Shown here in pieces: positions 25,174-39,006 of a DNA stretch of 64,000 nt. Positions within the stretch are counted from its first letter, which is position 1; each line of letters opens with the position of its first letter. The DNA is taken from contig OX597821.1 of assembly GCA_951406725.2 (NCBI GenBank), positions 41,416,001 through 41,480,000 of the forward strand. The letters run 5' to 3'. Source of the stretch: Octopus vulgaris. Lineage: Eukaryota. The notes under the pieces are model-generated. The model searched no databases. It was not told the DNA's origin and saw only the letters and a list, made by a program, of their open reading frames with translations. The position numbers and the translations under genes were made by a program.

Positions 25174-25300
25174 TTATACATACATATATATACACATACA
25201 TATATACATATAAATGTATGTATGTGTGTATGTATGTCAGGTCACTTGTGAGGCTCTCATGAGTGTTACTGGTAACATAGAACTCAGCACAACCTGTTAT

Positions 25301-25605
25301 GTGGAGGCACATGGCCTAGTGGCTAGAGCAGCAGACTCACAGTCAAGGGATCGTGGGTTCGAATCTCAGATGGGGTGATGTGTGTGTTTATGAGCAAAAC
25401 ACTTAAGCTCCACGCGGTTCCGGCAGAAGGTAATGGCGAACTTCTGCTGACTCTTTCGCCAGAACTTTCTCTCACTCTTTCCTCCTGCATCTTGCAGCTC
25501 ACCTGTGACAGACCGGCGTCCCATCCAGATAGGGAGCCTATACGCCAAGGAAACCAGAAAAACGGCCCTTATGAGCCAGGCATGGCTTGAGAAGGAACAA
25601 ACAAT
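25301..25605 (+). mobile_element. tRNA-derived SINE (fourth family)
   Basis: tggcctagtggctagagc (A box), gggttcgaatctc (B box), tgagcaaaacactt; TSD cagYacaacctgtt (25285-25298 / 25611-25624). Confidence 0.85.
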
Positions 25606-25624
25606 GGGAACAGTACAACCTGTT

Positions 25625-26060
25625 GCATGGTCGGGTTGTCGGCGACTAAACTGGCACCCCCACCAGGCTAGCCTGGTGAGAAGGGTTGCTAGAAAGCCAG
25701 CAGGACTGAAAACAAGACCTATTAAAAGACCAGATGAACCTAGAGCTACCTAGCAATAGAATGGGCACACAGAAATTCCAGGATGGTGTCCAGCATGCTG
25801 AGCAACCACTGGGAGGGAGGCACCCCTTTAGCTCTTGTTGAAGCATGTCTCTAGGAGAAGGTCACTCTGATACAAAACCAGATTTGCAGGGAATGGTGTT
25901 GGACATTTGATGGGGAGGGGATCTTTAACTCATATTGGCACCAGACATCTTACTCGGGTTTGTCTCTGGATAACATCAATAGAGTGGGGAGGGCCTGTGA
26001 GGTGTTGTCCAAGCCTTATTGGACTTAAAACTTGGCACAGGCATTGCTGACCTCTGCTCG
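25625..26060 (+). mobile_element. Probable RTE 5' UTR-derived segment (host of the SINE above)
   Basis: ggcgactaaa motif and tctctaggagaaggtcactctgatacaaaacc, resembling 22655-22710. Confidence 0.5.
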
Positions 26061-26338
26061 ATATGTCATGTATGTATGTATGTATGTACGTATGTATGTA
26101 TGTGTGTGTATATATATATATACTTATGTTCTCTTCTGTTTTTAATTATTTGAATTCTTCCTCTGTGGAAGGGACTGGTTTCTAACAAAGCTAGAATGTT
26201 CCATCACTGGAATGGAAAATAACAAAAACAAATTCATATTCTAAACTTGTGAAAAGTTTTACACATTTATACTGTTCCACTTACAATGTGTATTTGTTAT
26301 GTGTGAGTTAGCTGGCTGATTTCTTTTTCATGTAGAAA

Positions 26339-26384
<46 letters not shown>

Positions 26385-26752
26385 CATGTATGTATGTATG
26401 TATGTATGTATGTATGTATGTTTGTTTGTATGTATGTATGTATGTATGCCATGTGTTTATGTATGTACATATGTATGCTAAGATATATGTATGCATATAG
26501 GTGTGTATGTATTTATGTGTGTATGTATAGTTAATAACAAGTACTTTTGTGTGCAAAACAACTGTGAACAATTACCGAAGACAGGACTCAATACAAATGT
26601 AGTGTGTAATATTTGTTAGTTTTATATACAGTAAATTTGAAGTCCTACTCAAATACGTAATTTACTCAAACTGCAAAATGGTTGAGTGACAAGCAACATA
26701 TTATGTCACATTCACCTCAATGGAAGTGAAGGAGAAACAGGTTTTAATAAAA

Positions 26753-26981
26753 GGCGGCCAGCTGGCAGAACCGTTAGCACGCCGGGCAAAATGCATAGCG
26801 GTATTTCGTCTGCCATTGCGTTTTGAGTTCAAATTCCGCCGAGGTCAACTTTGCCGTTCATCCTTTCGGGGTCGATTAAATAAGTACCAGTTACACACTG
26901 GGATCGATGTAATCGACTTAATACCTATGTCTGTCTTTGTTTGTCCACTCTATGTTTAGCCCCTGTGGGTAATAAATAAAT
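26753..26981 (+). mobile_element. OR-type tRNA SINE (tail A)
   Basis: ggcggccagctggcagaa..gagttcaaattccgccgaggtc..; TSD aggttttaata (26739-26749 / 26982-26992). Confidence 0.92.
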
Positions 26982-27634
26982 AGGTTTTAATAGAACCAGT
27001 GGGAAGCAATATGATACAACAGTGAGTATCATACGGGAAGTGTGTGTGTATGTGTGTGCGGGGAGGTAGGGTTTGGGGACAGGGTAATGTTTAAAAAGGA
27101 TTGGAAAGTTCCAAAGTGAGTTGTTGATGGACGAGGTTTTAGGAATCTGAAAGAGATAATAAATTAAAGGGTTAGGGCTCTTCATAGACTGGCAGAAGGT
27201 CGACTAAATGCAACAACTTTATACCAAAGTACAGGAATACTATCTTATATCTTTATCAGCATGAGTTTATGACAGTATTATTTGTGAATAAGAGCTCCGT
27301 AGGACAATTTTTTTTATGGTCTTTTAAAATAAGAGCAAGCGATATAGCTATTAACCTCTATAAATTGGAACCAGAATCTCGGTTCAGGTCTGTATTGTCG
27401 TATCCATTTCTGCTTCTTTTTCACTGGAACAGAACTGAAAGAGGTGGTGGCGTTGTTGTTGTTGTTGGTGGTGGTGGTGGTGGTGGTGGTGGTGGGGAGC
27501 AAAATTGTGCATTGGCAGATCAGTTTATTTCCTCTTATTCATTTCAAGTGTCACCACTGAGCAAGGTTTACAAACAACAACCACGTGAAACCTCAGGTAA
27601 TGCAGAAATATTCCATTTACCAATTCTCAGTTGC

Positions 27635-28190
27635 ATACACATACATGTGTACATGTGTGTGTGTATACATGTGTATGTGTTTGTGTATGCATGTGTGTAT
27701 GTGTGTGTATACATGTGTCTATGTGTGTATGTGTGTATGTTGTGTGTGTGTATGTGTATATATACATGTATGTGTGCATACATGTGTGTGTGCATACATG
27801 TGTGTGCATACATGTGTGTGCATACATGTGTGTATGTGTGTGTATACATGCATGTATGTGCATATGTATGTGTATGCGTGTGTATACATGTGTGTGTGCA
27901 TACATGTGCATATGTGTGTGTATACATGTGTATGTGCATACATGTGTGAATGTGTGTGTATACATGCGTGTATGTGTATGTGTGTGTATACACGTGTGTC
28001 TGCATACATGTGTGTATGCGTATGTATACATGTGTGTGTTTATGTGTGTACGTGTGTGTGTGTGTGTGTATATATGTGTGTGTGCCCACATAGTGTGTAT
28101 GTGTATACATGTGTGTGTACACGCATAGTGTGTTTGTGTGTGTATACATGTGTGTATGTGTGTATACGTGTGTGTGTGTGTGCGTGCGCA
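27635..28190. repeat. Complex TG/CA tract with recurring gcatacatgtgtgt unit
   Basis: Direct reading. Confidence 0.9.
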
Positions 28191-29357
28191 CATGAGGGCC
28201 TGGGTGTTCGGGTGTGACTTGATATGAATGTGTTCGTCCATATGCATGCATGAACTGGTGGGAAAATAGAGTTGATTGAAATTACTATCAGTTTACACTG
28301 CACAAAAGATTAACTTTTCTGCACAGAGATATATGTATATTTATATGTATGTACATATGTATGTACGAATGTATGTGTATGTATATATACATGTATGCAT
28401 ATATTCATGTATGTATGTGTGTCTGCATGTGTGTATGTATATATGTATGTGTGTGTGTGCACGTGTGTGTGTATGTGTGTAAGTATCTACATATGTATGT
28501 ACGTACGTCTGTACATATGTATGTATTTTCATGAATATTCATACGAAGAACAATATTATCAGGAGAAAACTATTGAATAAACTAAAGATATGCAATATAA
28601 TGGATTGCCCTTACGACTTGGTTTTGCTGGAAGTTATTTAATTATGTCATAAATTCGTGATCGTTGCATAAATGTTTACCTCCACTCTGACCTCACTTGT
28701 GGACACTGTATTATCATGTGATAATGATGGCAGCTATGTAAAATCATCGATTAAGATCAGACACATTGATTTCTGTTCGGGCTTGTGCTTCTTTTATAAT
28801 TCCTCATCTCCATATTCTATAGAATATGGCATGATTAACTAAAACATTTCAGATTGAAGCTAAACATAGTTATCTATTCTTGGAATCATACTGAAATTGT
28901 ATTCTTGTAAAACAAGACCAAATCTATTGGGAATGAGACAAACTCATAAACTAATTTTTCCGATTGTGAAAATTAAGGTCTTTTGTGTATAGTTCCGATC
29001 GTAATAAGTGTTAATGAATGTTTTCGCTTGTTATGTTTGTGTGTAAAGGTCTGATGAGGTTTCATTCGCGACACTGCTTTCAACCAATATGTCACTAACC
29101 TTCTTTGACCGTTTTACAGACCTCTGTGCATGAGGAATTCTTTATTTACAGAATATGGAATATATTGAAATTAATTTTATTGATGCATTGCCACCTATTC
29201 CTCTTTCTCTATTGGAATACAATAGAAAGCCACATTCTCTGTAATGGCAAACATTTGCAGAGTACAGCACTACAAAAATAAGCTGATGTTCAATTTCTAA
29301 TTGCAAATTGGTTCTGCTTCCTAGTTGAAAACTTTTCAGTTAATTTAAGTTGTGTAG

Positions 29358-29565
29358 GTCTTTGTGTCTGTTTGTCCTGCACCACCACTTGACAATTGGT
29401 GTTTGTGTGCTTACATCTCCATAACTTAGCAGTTTGGCAAACGTGAATGATAGAATAAGTACCAAGCTTTTTAAAAATAAGTACTGGGGTTGATTCATCT
29501 GACTAAAATCCTTTAAGATGGTGGTGCCCCAGCTTGGCCACAACCTAAGGACTGAAACAAGTAAA
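29358..29565 (+). mobile_element. OK-type SINE 3' half
   Basis: cacttgacaa..gatagaataagtacc..ggtgccccagcttggcc..gactgaaacaagtaaa. Confidence 0.8.
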
Positions 29566-29576
29566 TGATTTTATTA

Positions 29577-29640
<64 letters not shown>

Positions 29641-30261
29641 CATTATTATTATTATTGTTGTTGTTATTATCATTATTATTATCATTATTATTATTATTGC
29701 TCTTTCAATTTTGTTTCTATTTCTTGCTGAGTGTCTCCCTGACACCTAGGGCAAAGAAACTCACTGTATACATTGGTAGGCTGTTAAAATAAACACACCA
29801 GATTGTTCGTTTTCAAAGTCAAGTTATGCAATAGAAAAAAAAGAAAGAAAGAAAAAAAGGAAAAAAGAAAATATAGAAAATAAAAAGAAAAATGGTTAAA
29901 AAGAGAAATAAATTCACAGCAACGAATTTTTTTCAATTCATGAGACAAACCAGTTAGAACAATGTTTTGCCCTTTCTTGCATCTCAGAAGTAGATGAGGC
30001 AGAAGGATTCCAGCCCCCAGTGGTGCCACTCCATTCTTTTGCAATGATGTGAAGCAAATGGTTGATGTAGAAGTGCCAGTTTGTTACTCAGAGTTGTTCA
30101 TTGAAGAGAGGCACTGCCGAATATATTTCTGCATCTTCAAGGATAATAAAGTGGGATTCCACATAGCACCATGAAGATACTTTGTTTGAGACGTGACAGG
30201 AAAGGAAATGTGCCATACACGGCCAGGATTATGGTGCCATAGTCTTGGCGCTAAAAATACT

Positions 30262-30476
30262 CTTTTCTACTCTAGGCACAAAGCCTGAAATTTTTGTGGG
30301 AAGGGCACAGGTCGATTACATCGAGCCCAGTACTCAACTGGTACTCAATTTATTGACCCCAAAATGATGAAAGACAAAGTCAACCTTGGCAGAATTTGAA
30401 CTCAGACCATAGCAGCAAACAAAATACTGCTATGCATTTTGCCTGGCCTGCTAAGGATTCTGCCAGCTTGTTGCCT
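30262..30476 (-). mobile_element. OR-type SINE (tail B)
   Basis: TSD ttggYgctaaaaatact (30245-30261 / 30478-30494). Confidence 0.9.
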
Positions 30477-30704
30477 TTTGGTGCTAAAAATACTGAATAG
30501 GCAGTCAATCGAAACATTTGTACCCCAAGCTATGGAGTGAAGAAACATGTGATTCGTGTTCAGGGAGAGGACTGAAAATCTTATCCCATGGCTGATCGTG
30601 ATTTTCTCTAAACACTATGAGAGGAGATGGAGGCACATGCTCTAAGAACCAACAAAACGTGTTAGAGGGACTACAATTTTTAATGAACCATCAAAGGCCA
30701 TAAT

Positions 30705-30898
30705 CATTTCTACTCTAGGCACAAGGTCCAAAATTTTGGGGGAGGGGGCCAGTCGATTAGATCGACCCCACTATGCAACTAGTACTTAATGAAAGGCAAA
30801 GTCGACCTCAGTGGAATTTGAACTCAGAACGTAAAGACAGACAGAATACTGCTAAGCATTTCACCCGGCATGCTAACGTTTCTGCCAGCTCACCGCCT
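30705..30898 (-). mobile_element. OR-type SINE (tail B)
   Basis: Perfect TSD catcaaaggccataat (30689-30704 / 30902-30917). Confidence 0.92.
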
Positions 30899-31202
30899 TT
30901 TCATCAAAGGCCATAATGTCATCCAGTTGATGAATCATATGAATGGGTCACTGCAAAGCGTGACCTGTGATGGGGGTGGGGGCAGGAGGCTCAAATGCCA
31001 CCAAAGAGCTTTGAGCCTTGAAGAAAAAGAAAACAATAACTAGCAAGGAACAAAACTCTGAGATTACAAATTATAGTAACTCAGAGCAAAGCTTCAGCTA
31101 CTGTTACTTCTGCTGCTACTGCTGCTACTGCTGCTTCTGCTGCTACTGGTATTGTTAAACAACTGCTCCCCTTTCCCTTCTCAATATTATCTCCAGTGAA
31201 CA

Positions 31203-31392
31203 AGGCAGCAAGCTGACAGAATTGCTAGCTCACTGGGTAAAATGCTAGCAGCACTTCAAATTCTTCCAAGGATGACTTTGCCTATCATCCTTTGAGAGTC
31301 AAGAAGACAAGTACCAGTTGAGTACTGGGGTCGGCGTAATCGACTTACCACCCTCCCCTAAAACTGGTGGTTTTGTGCCAAAATTTGAAACT
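31203..31392 (+). mobile_element. OR-type SINE, degenerate
   Basis: TSD aatattaYctccagtg (31183-31198 / 31393-31408); aagtaccagttgagtactggggtcg. Confidence 0.85.
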
Positions 31393-31689
31393 AATATTAC
31401 CTCCAGTGGTCATGAAGATAAAGCAATCCCTATCAATATTGGGTGAGGAAGGGTGTGGAGCAGTTTCAAAATAGAGGACGTGGCAAAAGCATTAGGACAA
31501 ATTGTATGAGATATACCTGTCCACACGCTGGTCCTACAATATTTAAGAAGGATTAAAACAAGGGCCATCTCCAGAAAAATTGGTGCTGATGTCTGTTCCC
31601 AGTTCATGGTCACTTGCATGACATAATGTGGGTTTGTAGTTAGTGCTAATGCAACTTTCAGTGAATGTGGTTCAGTGATCTTCATAGAT

Positions 31690-31999
31690 ATACACCCTCT
31701 AATGAACCTAAAATACCACAAAATAATTCCAGAATTGCATCCTGTAGTAGACCTTCCTGCAAGGAAGACTTTAAGTCTTTCGTTACCAACTTGGCTGAAA
31801 CCAGCTCTGGCTCAGAATACAAATGTCTTGTTTTCATAAGTTTTGAATTAAAATCTTCCACCAAACCTTAGTCACAATTTAAGTTCCTAACAGTAGCTTA
31901 ATGATAACTAAGTTATTTTACTAAATTCTTTGTTATATTTAAAATGAATTGAAAGAAATACAGAGAATCTCAAAAGAAATATAGTAATGGAAGGGTTAA
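31690..31999 (-). mobile_element. TTAA-ended (piggyBac/Kolobok-like) MITE
   Basis: Ends ...gaaatatagtaatggaagggttaa; related copies in opposite orientation at 33381-33775. Confidence 0.55.
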
Positions 32000-32525
32000 C
32001 TCTTGGCATACAAGGTAGAAGAGCCCACCTCTTTCTACCAGACAGTAAAAACCATTTAAGGTGTTCCTGCCCAAAAGATTGAAAAGAAGAGAAATAGAAA
32101 AAAATGGCAACAAATCATGGGTTATAGGCACCCCCCAAAGCAACACCAGACATAATTCTAGGGGTCCTCATTGCCAGGAAGTAATTGAAAGACCCCAAAA
32201 TTCTCCTTTGTACGCCTTTGTACTCCTTTGTACTCTCAACCAACAGAGAAAATGAACCACCTGAATCAACAACAGCAGCAGGGGTGGGTGACGAAATCAT
32301 CAGGAAATCCCTTCTCACAACACGCTAAACATTATACTTTAAAAAGCCAATCTTCTTAAGGTTGTCACACAATATTTCATCTGTATTTCACAAAATTCTC
32401 TACAACAACAGTAGCTACAGCAGTGACACTAATAGCAACTAAAGTCGAAACAGCAGCAGCAATATTAACATTAACAAAAACTATTGGAACACCTATACAA
32501 ACAAACATTTGTTTACCGTTTCCTA

Positions 32526-33216
32526 TTAGTTTGGTGCAAAAATAATTGCTTTTTTTATTTGTTATTTCAAACTTTTATGCTTATTTCAGAATAAACTTTT
32601 ATTTAATTATATTCATGTAATATAGCATTTTGAAGCACAGATTCTATTCTATTGATTTATGCTAATGATTTTGTTTTCACTGTTTATTCTTTATTTTAGG
32701 CTGTCAAATTAAAGATGGAAAAGTAAAGCAAATTTGAGTGAGTGTATTGTATGAGTTCCAAAAATGAAAGCAAACCAACAGAAACTGTTTGTGATGTTGA
32801 CCAATATATATTTTACCAGGGGCCACTAACAAACGAACAGCTTAACATTGCTTCCAAATATTTCATCACAGAAACAAGAGCCTTAGTGACGAAGAAATTT
32901 CCAGACAGTTTTCTGTGACTAACAATGACCAATTAGCTGGCCTTTGATGGAAGCAGAACCTCACAAACGACTTGAGGTATCAAGAACATCTAAATGCTGA
33001 CCACTCAAAAGTTGTTTGATATTTACATCACACCAAAAAGTCAAAAGTCTTCACAGAAATTGAATAAGAAATTTGTGGGGGAAAGTGTTTTGTTTTACTT
33101 TTTCAAAAACGTTCAGACTTTAATAGTTATTATTTTGACTTAAAAATATATTCTAAGCAGAGGTTTATTAATAATATTGATGGTTAAAAACTGCAGTTAT
33201 TTTTGTACTAAACTGG
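32526..33216 (+). mobile_element. Mariner element, internally deleted and decayed
   Basis: TIRs ttagtttggtgcaaaaataattgc / gcagttatttttgtactaaactgg with TA; frameshifted MEK..LYEF..AET..NKRTA..FQIF..SL.DEE.S..NNDQL..EA.P..L.ADHS.V N-terminal HTH region. Confidence 0.85.
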
Positions 33217-33380
33217 TATGTCTTTTCAAGGTAATTTTGTCCAACCACATTTTTCTGTCAGGGTATTCTGTGAATGCCTTTAGGCATCCTATTTATATAT
33301 GTATGTACATCTCAAAATATATTTGAATTAGAAATCATATTTTTAATGTCAATTTGACATTTTTAACTATTTTAGTCTCT

Positions 33381-33775
33381 TTAACCTTTTTGCTACTATA
33401 TTTCTGTTTGAAATGATTTGATTTTGTTTCAAATTATTTTGAAAATGTTGGTGGTTTTAGTAAAATAACTTTATTATTATTAAACTGATGCTTGGAACAT
33501 AACATGGAATTTTGATGGAAGGTTTTAATTTAGATCACTTTTATACTTTTGTTACCATACTTCTGTTGAAGTTGCCTATTTCAATTAATTTTGAAAATAA
33601 TGAAGAATTTAAAAGAATTATTTTGTCATTATTTAGCAGGTGTTTAAAAAACAATTTTGTCATAATTAATTTGGTATTTGGAGGATAAAGCAAAAACTTT
33701 TCATGGGAAGATTTTAATTTGGGTCACTCAAAAGCAGTGAATGAACATCTTAGGCAGGTTGGTATCGAAAGAGAC
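33381..33775 (+). mobile_element. Two tandem degenerate copies of TTAA-ended MITE
   Basis: ttaacctttttgctactatatttctg..ttttgaaaat..ttttaatttagatcact repeated from ~33547. Confidence 0.55.
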
Positions 33776-34344
33776 TTCAAACCCAGCTGGAAGAAAATTA
33801 ATAAATGCACTGAATAACATTTTGAGATTGGTTCCATTGATATTTATTGTCACACTCCAATGCAGAAGATATGAAGTAACTAGTTTGCAGAATTTAAATT
33901 AGCATTAAGCATTGTCTTTTGAGTGTCAAAAATATATTTCTAAACACAAGATAAACCAGTCGTTCTTTACCTCATTATTTATAAACATTTACATAACTAC
34001 TTTTAACCATTCTACATAAAATTCTTCTTAGTGTTGGGATGTGTTCTGTCCTATTTAAGTAAATTTTCTGAAACACTGGGAAACTAAATAAATTTCGTTA
34101 CACTTTGAAGTGATAATCTGCACCAAGATAAAACCAATCAATGAAGAAATCTTAACTAATATGCTATAATACCATTCTAGATAAATTTCCATTATCTCTT
34201 CAATATAACCAACTTTTCTAGCTTAGGTCTCAAATTGATTGCATTATCAATTTTCCTTTCATTCCAAGATTTTATTTACAAAGCCATTTTCTATACTGAA
34301 TCATACAAATAAATAATTTTTTTAAATGTCTCTCACACGCTCCC

Positions 34345-34420
34345 TCTTTCCCATGCTCTCTCTTTCTTTCTCACTGTCTCTCTCCTTCTTTAAATTTACA
34401 TACATATATATGTATACATA

Positions 34421-34473
<53 letters not shown>

Positions 34474-34849
34474 ATGTATGTATGTATGTATATATGTATA
34501 TATATATATGTGTATCTATATAAATTCACATACACACACATTTCTACATATCTCAATATATATATATATGTTTATACTTTCTTCTTCCCTCTTTTGCTTG
34601 TGTATGTAAGTGTGAATGGCTACGTTCGTGGGAGTGTGTGGTGGGTAGGGATGCATTTTCTGACAGAAGAACAATGTGGTGAAAAAAGCTATGTTTTCCA
34701 TTTGATTTTTACAGACATACAATGGGAAAATTTTCTTCAATGACAATTTTATATACATACAAACATATATATGTGTGGGTGTATACATACATGCATATAT
34801 ATATATATATATATATGCATATATATATATGTATATACATATATGCATA

Positions 34850-34915
<66 letters not shown>

Positions 34916-35153
34916 ATCCAAACATACATATGTATATGTATATATATCTATATATCTATATCTATCTATATATGTATATTATACGTACATACGAATGTGT
35001 GTATGTGTGTGAATGTGTGTATATGTGTGTGTGTATGAATGAGGCATACATATATTGTTGCATAGATAGACAGACAGAAATATTGAAGTGTGGATATTGA
35101 AGTATAGATATAGAAATACACATAAATGTATGCCATATATATATATATATATA

Positions 35154-35188
<35 letters not shown>

Positions 35189-35250
35189 GATGATATATAT
35201 ATATATATTATACGCACACACACACACACTTATAGATATAGATATAGATA
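34345..35250. repeat. Compound (TA)n/(TATG)n microsatellite field
   Basis: Direct reading. Confidence 0.85.
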
Positions 35251-35899
35251 TTTTTTTTTTTTAGGAAAGATTAAACTCTTTACATTTATACATTTTTTCA
35301 TGGTAAACATTCTCTTACAAAATCACAATAAAATACTAATGGCCTTCCCTGCAAAAATCAATTATTGTTCTAGAAATTCATTAGGTTTGCTGCAATTTCT
35401 TATTTCAATTATTTATTAAAATCTTACTTGTATTGAACTTTTCCTAGATTTCTTTATATAAAGAACAAAACAATCTTATTGATTTTATTTGGCAACTTTT
35501 GTAAAGTAAAACAAATTAATTCTCAATTTGGTTTCTTCCTTCCTGTTTGTTGCATATTTTTGGTATTTTGTTGTTGGTTTTTTTTTTGTTTTGCTTTGTT
35601 TTCTTTAGGTCTTGCTATATCAAATTCAGAATTAGAATTTGGATATTACAAAGGAAAAATACATAAAAAGCTTTTCTTTTTCTTTTCCTTTTTTTTTTTT
35701 TTTAGCTTTTCAGAAATGATTTATCATAGAAAAGAATAAAACAAGATCTTTTGTTTCAAAATCTTTAATATACAATGTTAGGCATCTAAAACCCCGTTTT
35801 CAGTGTAACCGTTTCCTTGTTTCAAACTGGTCTTTCTTTACTGAACATTCCTGTCTAAACTGAGTTTTATTTTGAACAAAAATAAAAAAAAACAATAAC

Positions 35900-35958
<59 letters not shown>

Positions 35959-35984
35959 CGATGATGATGGTGATATATACAATC

Positions 35985-36257
35985 CTCTTAAGTACAAAAT
36001 AGCCCCGCTATGGAAAATGAAGAAGGTGAAGATTGTGCCGAATATTGATGATTCCTTGGGAACAGCATCAGAAGACATCAAGAGGAATACAAAGGAAATT
36101 GGAATAGAGTGCCCATTAGAACTGTTACAAAAGGTTTGCCTCCTTGGCATGGCCAGAATAATCGGGAAAGTATTAGCTGAAAAGAATGAACAGCATGGTA
36201 CCATAGGCTACAGGTAGTAAGCCTGCTATCATCTGGAAGTTACAACAAACCCTGAGA
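35985..36257 (+). mobile_element. R4/Dong-clade LINE 3' end
   Basis: LKYKIAPLWKMKKVKIVP..SLGT..LELLQKVCLLGMARIIGKVL followed by (TAA)n. Confidence 0.82.
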
Positions 36258-36304
36258 TAATGATAATAATAGTAATGATAATAATAATAATAATAATAAT
36301 AATA

Positions 36305-36844
36305 GCAAGAAACTGACAGAAAGATAGATGCAAATAGGCCAGACATTATACTGAAAGACTTCAGACAAAAATCATGCCTCCTTATCGATATGATTGTCCC
36401 AATTGACATAAATGTATCTGTCAAGTCCTACCAAAAACTGAGCAAGTATAAAGATCTTAAAATAGAAATTGGCAAAATGTGGAACCTCAAGACTAAAACA
36501 ATACCTGTTGTCAAAGGTGCCTTAGGAATGATAGCAAAAGGGGCTGGTCGCTACCTAGTTCAGATACGAAGAAATCCCAAAATAACAAAAATTCAAAAGA
36601 TAGTGCTCATGGGAACTGCCCATATCCTATGCAAAATACTTTCTATGTAATCTCAAATTTTAAAACAGACTTATAATTTTCTTATGGTTTCTTAAACATT
36701 CTCTAGACCAATACAGCATACAAAACCAAATATATGGCACCCTAGGCATATCACCAACATGAACTTTTAACTTGTTGTCTCTCGAGGTCTCTGGGTGAGA
36801 CTTGAAGCCAACTTGTACAAATACAAAGCAAAAGTCAAACATAC

Positions 36845-36845
<1 letters not shown>
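36305..36845 (+). mobile_element. R4/Dong-clade LINE 3' end (RLE endonuclease)
   Basis: TDRKIDANRPDIILKD..CLLIDMIVP..KLSKYKDL..IPVVKGALG..IQKIVLMGTAHIL*; PD..D..K motif; (TAA)n on both sides. Confidence 0.92.
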
Positions 36846-36879
<34 letters not shown>

Positions 36880-36897
36880 CAACAGCAACAACAACAA

Positions 36898-37170
36898 CAA
36901 AGCATGATAGAGTTGGTCAATATCTACATTGGATAATATGTCAGCATTATAAAATCAAAACTGCTGACGAATGGTACAAGTGCCACCCTGAGGTTGTAAC
37001 TGAGGGAGAAAATGTAACTATTCTTTGGGACTTCCCAGTATGTACAGATCGGATCATCAAGGCAAATAAACTAGATTTTGTTGTGAAAGACAAAAGCAAT
37101 AAAGTCTGTTTATTGATTGACATGAGCAAACCCTATGACCATAAAATCTCGGCAAAAGAATTTGATAAGC
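36898..37170 (+). mobile_element. R4/Dong-clade LINE fragment (RHD motif to RLE)
   Basis: KHDRVGQYLHW..WY..HPE.V.E...ILWDF.V.TDR.IKANK.D.VV..CLLIDM. Confidence 0.9.
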
Positions 37171-37171
37171 C

Positions 37172-37720
37172 CACACCCAAATGGTCCTTAAAATGCAATT
37201 CTTGCATTCTCATCTCGATTTTTTTCCAACAAATCTTGATGCTGTTAGTGATGAGCAAGGTGAGAGGTTCCACTAGGACATATTTGAGATGGAAACGAGA
37301 TATCAAGGCCGGTTCAATCCACACATGATGGGTGACTACTTCTGGTTCCTACAATAGGAGGCCAGCATGACACATAAGCACAAGAGCAAGTGTCTCAAAC
37401 ATTTCTGAGCTGATCATATCGAAACTAAAGTGAGCATTCCCTCGACATTAATATACTATGTGCCATTATATTATAATACTATTTGCCTTGAACATAAATA
37501 TACTATATATAGTACTAATATACTATTACAATAATTATTTAACTTGGACTTAAGTATTCCTAATACTAATGTAGTATTATTATATAATTATGTGCATAAC
37601 TCAAAATCCTGATGTGGTACAGCAATTCTGAGTTCAGATTCGGAATCAGCGTACTGTTTTTAGTTTAGTACAGCACCATTTGTCTGGGAAACAGACAATA
37701 ATTTTTTTTGCTACCCAGTG
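37172..37720 (+). mobile_element. DNA transposon 3' part (TcMar-m44-like transposase C-terminus + TIR)
   Basis: LKMQFLHSHLDFFPTNLDAVSDEQGERFH*DIFEMETRYQGRFNPHMMGDYFW; end ttttttgctacccagtg followed by TA. Confidence 0.8.
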
Positions 37721-38008
<288 letters not shown>

Positions 38009-38112
38009 GTGCCTGGTGTGCCCTTATCAGACGGGTAGTCATGATGGGTATATTGGGCTTCGTATATTTTACCCCAGTGTCACTTTGATGGCATGAACTG
38101 CTCTCTCACTCA
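38009..38112 (+). mobile_element. Short 3' fragment of the (TAA)n-embedded retroposon
   Basis: Reverse complement of 6957-7060. Confidence 0.88.
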
Positions 38113-38134
38113 ATAATAATAATAATAATAATAA

Positions 38135-38298
38135 CAACAACATCGAAAAATACCTTAGGAATGGGAACCCAGGTTCGAAATTTCCCCAACACACCTGATG
38201 AAGTCTGGAGGGTATATCAGCCGAAACGATGTGTTAACAACGAACAAGATGAGGACAAATATCCGTCAAATGTAAATAATGTAAATAATGTACATAAT
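38135..38298 (+). mobile_element. Second (3') copy of the hammerhead-bearing element
   Basis: Matches 9932-10088; hammerhead motif ACAC-CTGATGA-A-GTCTG..CAGCC-GAAA-CGAT-GTGT at 38191-38234. Confidence 0.85.
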
Positions 38299-38609
38299 CA
38301 ACCAATGTGAATCGAGTTCGCATATCAGTACATATATTAACAATATGAATTGATGTAATAATTTAGAGAGCACTACACAGCATTTTGAGATAAAAGAGAA
38401 TATACTGTGTGATTAAGATATTCGTTTCTTAACTGCATGGTTTTCGGTTCAATATTTCTCTGTAGTACCTATGTCAATGTGGCACTTGGGGAAGCCAGAG
38501 GCTGAGCGAAGATTTGTGAGTGGATTTGGAGTAGATAACTGAAGGAAGGCCATCATATATATGTGTGTGTGTATGAATGTGTATATATATATGTGTGTGT
38601 GTGTTTATA

Positions 38610-39006
38610 TCTCTTTTTACTCTTTTTACTTGTTTCAGTCATTTGACTGCGGCCATGCTGGAGCACCGCCTTTAGTCGAGCAAATCGACCCCGGGACTTA
38701 TTCTTTGTAAGCCCAGTACTTATTCTATCGGTCTGTTTTGCCGAACCGCTAGGTGATGGGGACGTAAACACACCAGCATCGGTTGTCAAGCAATGCTAGG
38801 GGAACAAACACAGACACACACACTTATATATATATATATATACGACAGGCTTCTTTCAGTTTCCGTCTACCAAATCCACTCACAAGGCATTGGTCGGCCC
38901 GGGGCTATAGCAGAAGACACGTGCCCAAGATGCCACACAGTGAGACTGAACCCGGAACCATGTGGTTGGTTAGCAAGCTACTTACCAAACAGCCACTCCT
39001 GCGCCT
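38610..39006 (-). mobile_element. OK-type tRNA SINE, full length
   Basis: Reverse complement of 11212-11606 pattern. Confidence 0.93.

Noticed and set aside
29045-29090. CTGATGAG in a possibly PLE-derived region
   Set aside because: GAAA core absent; too degenerate
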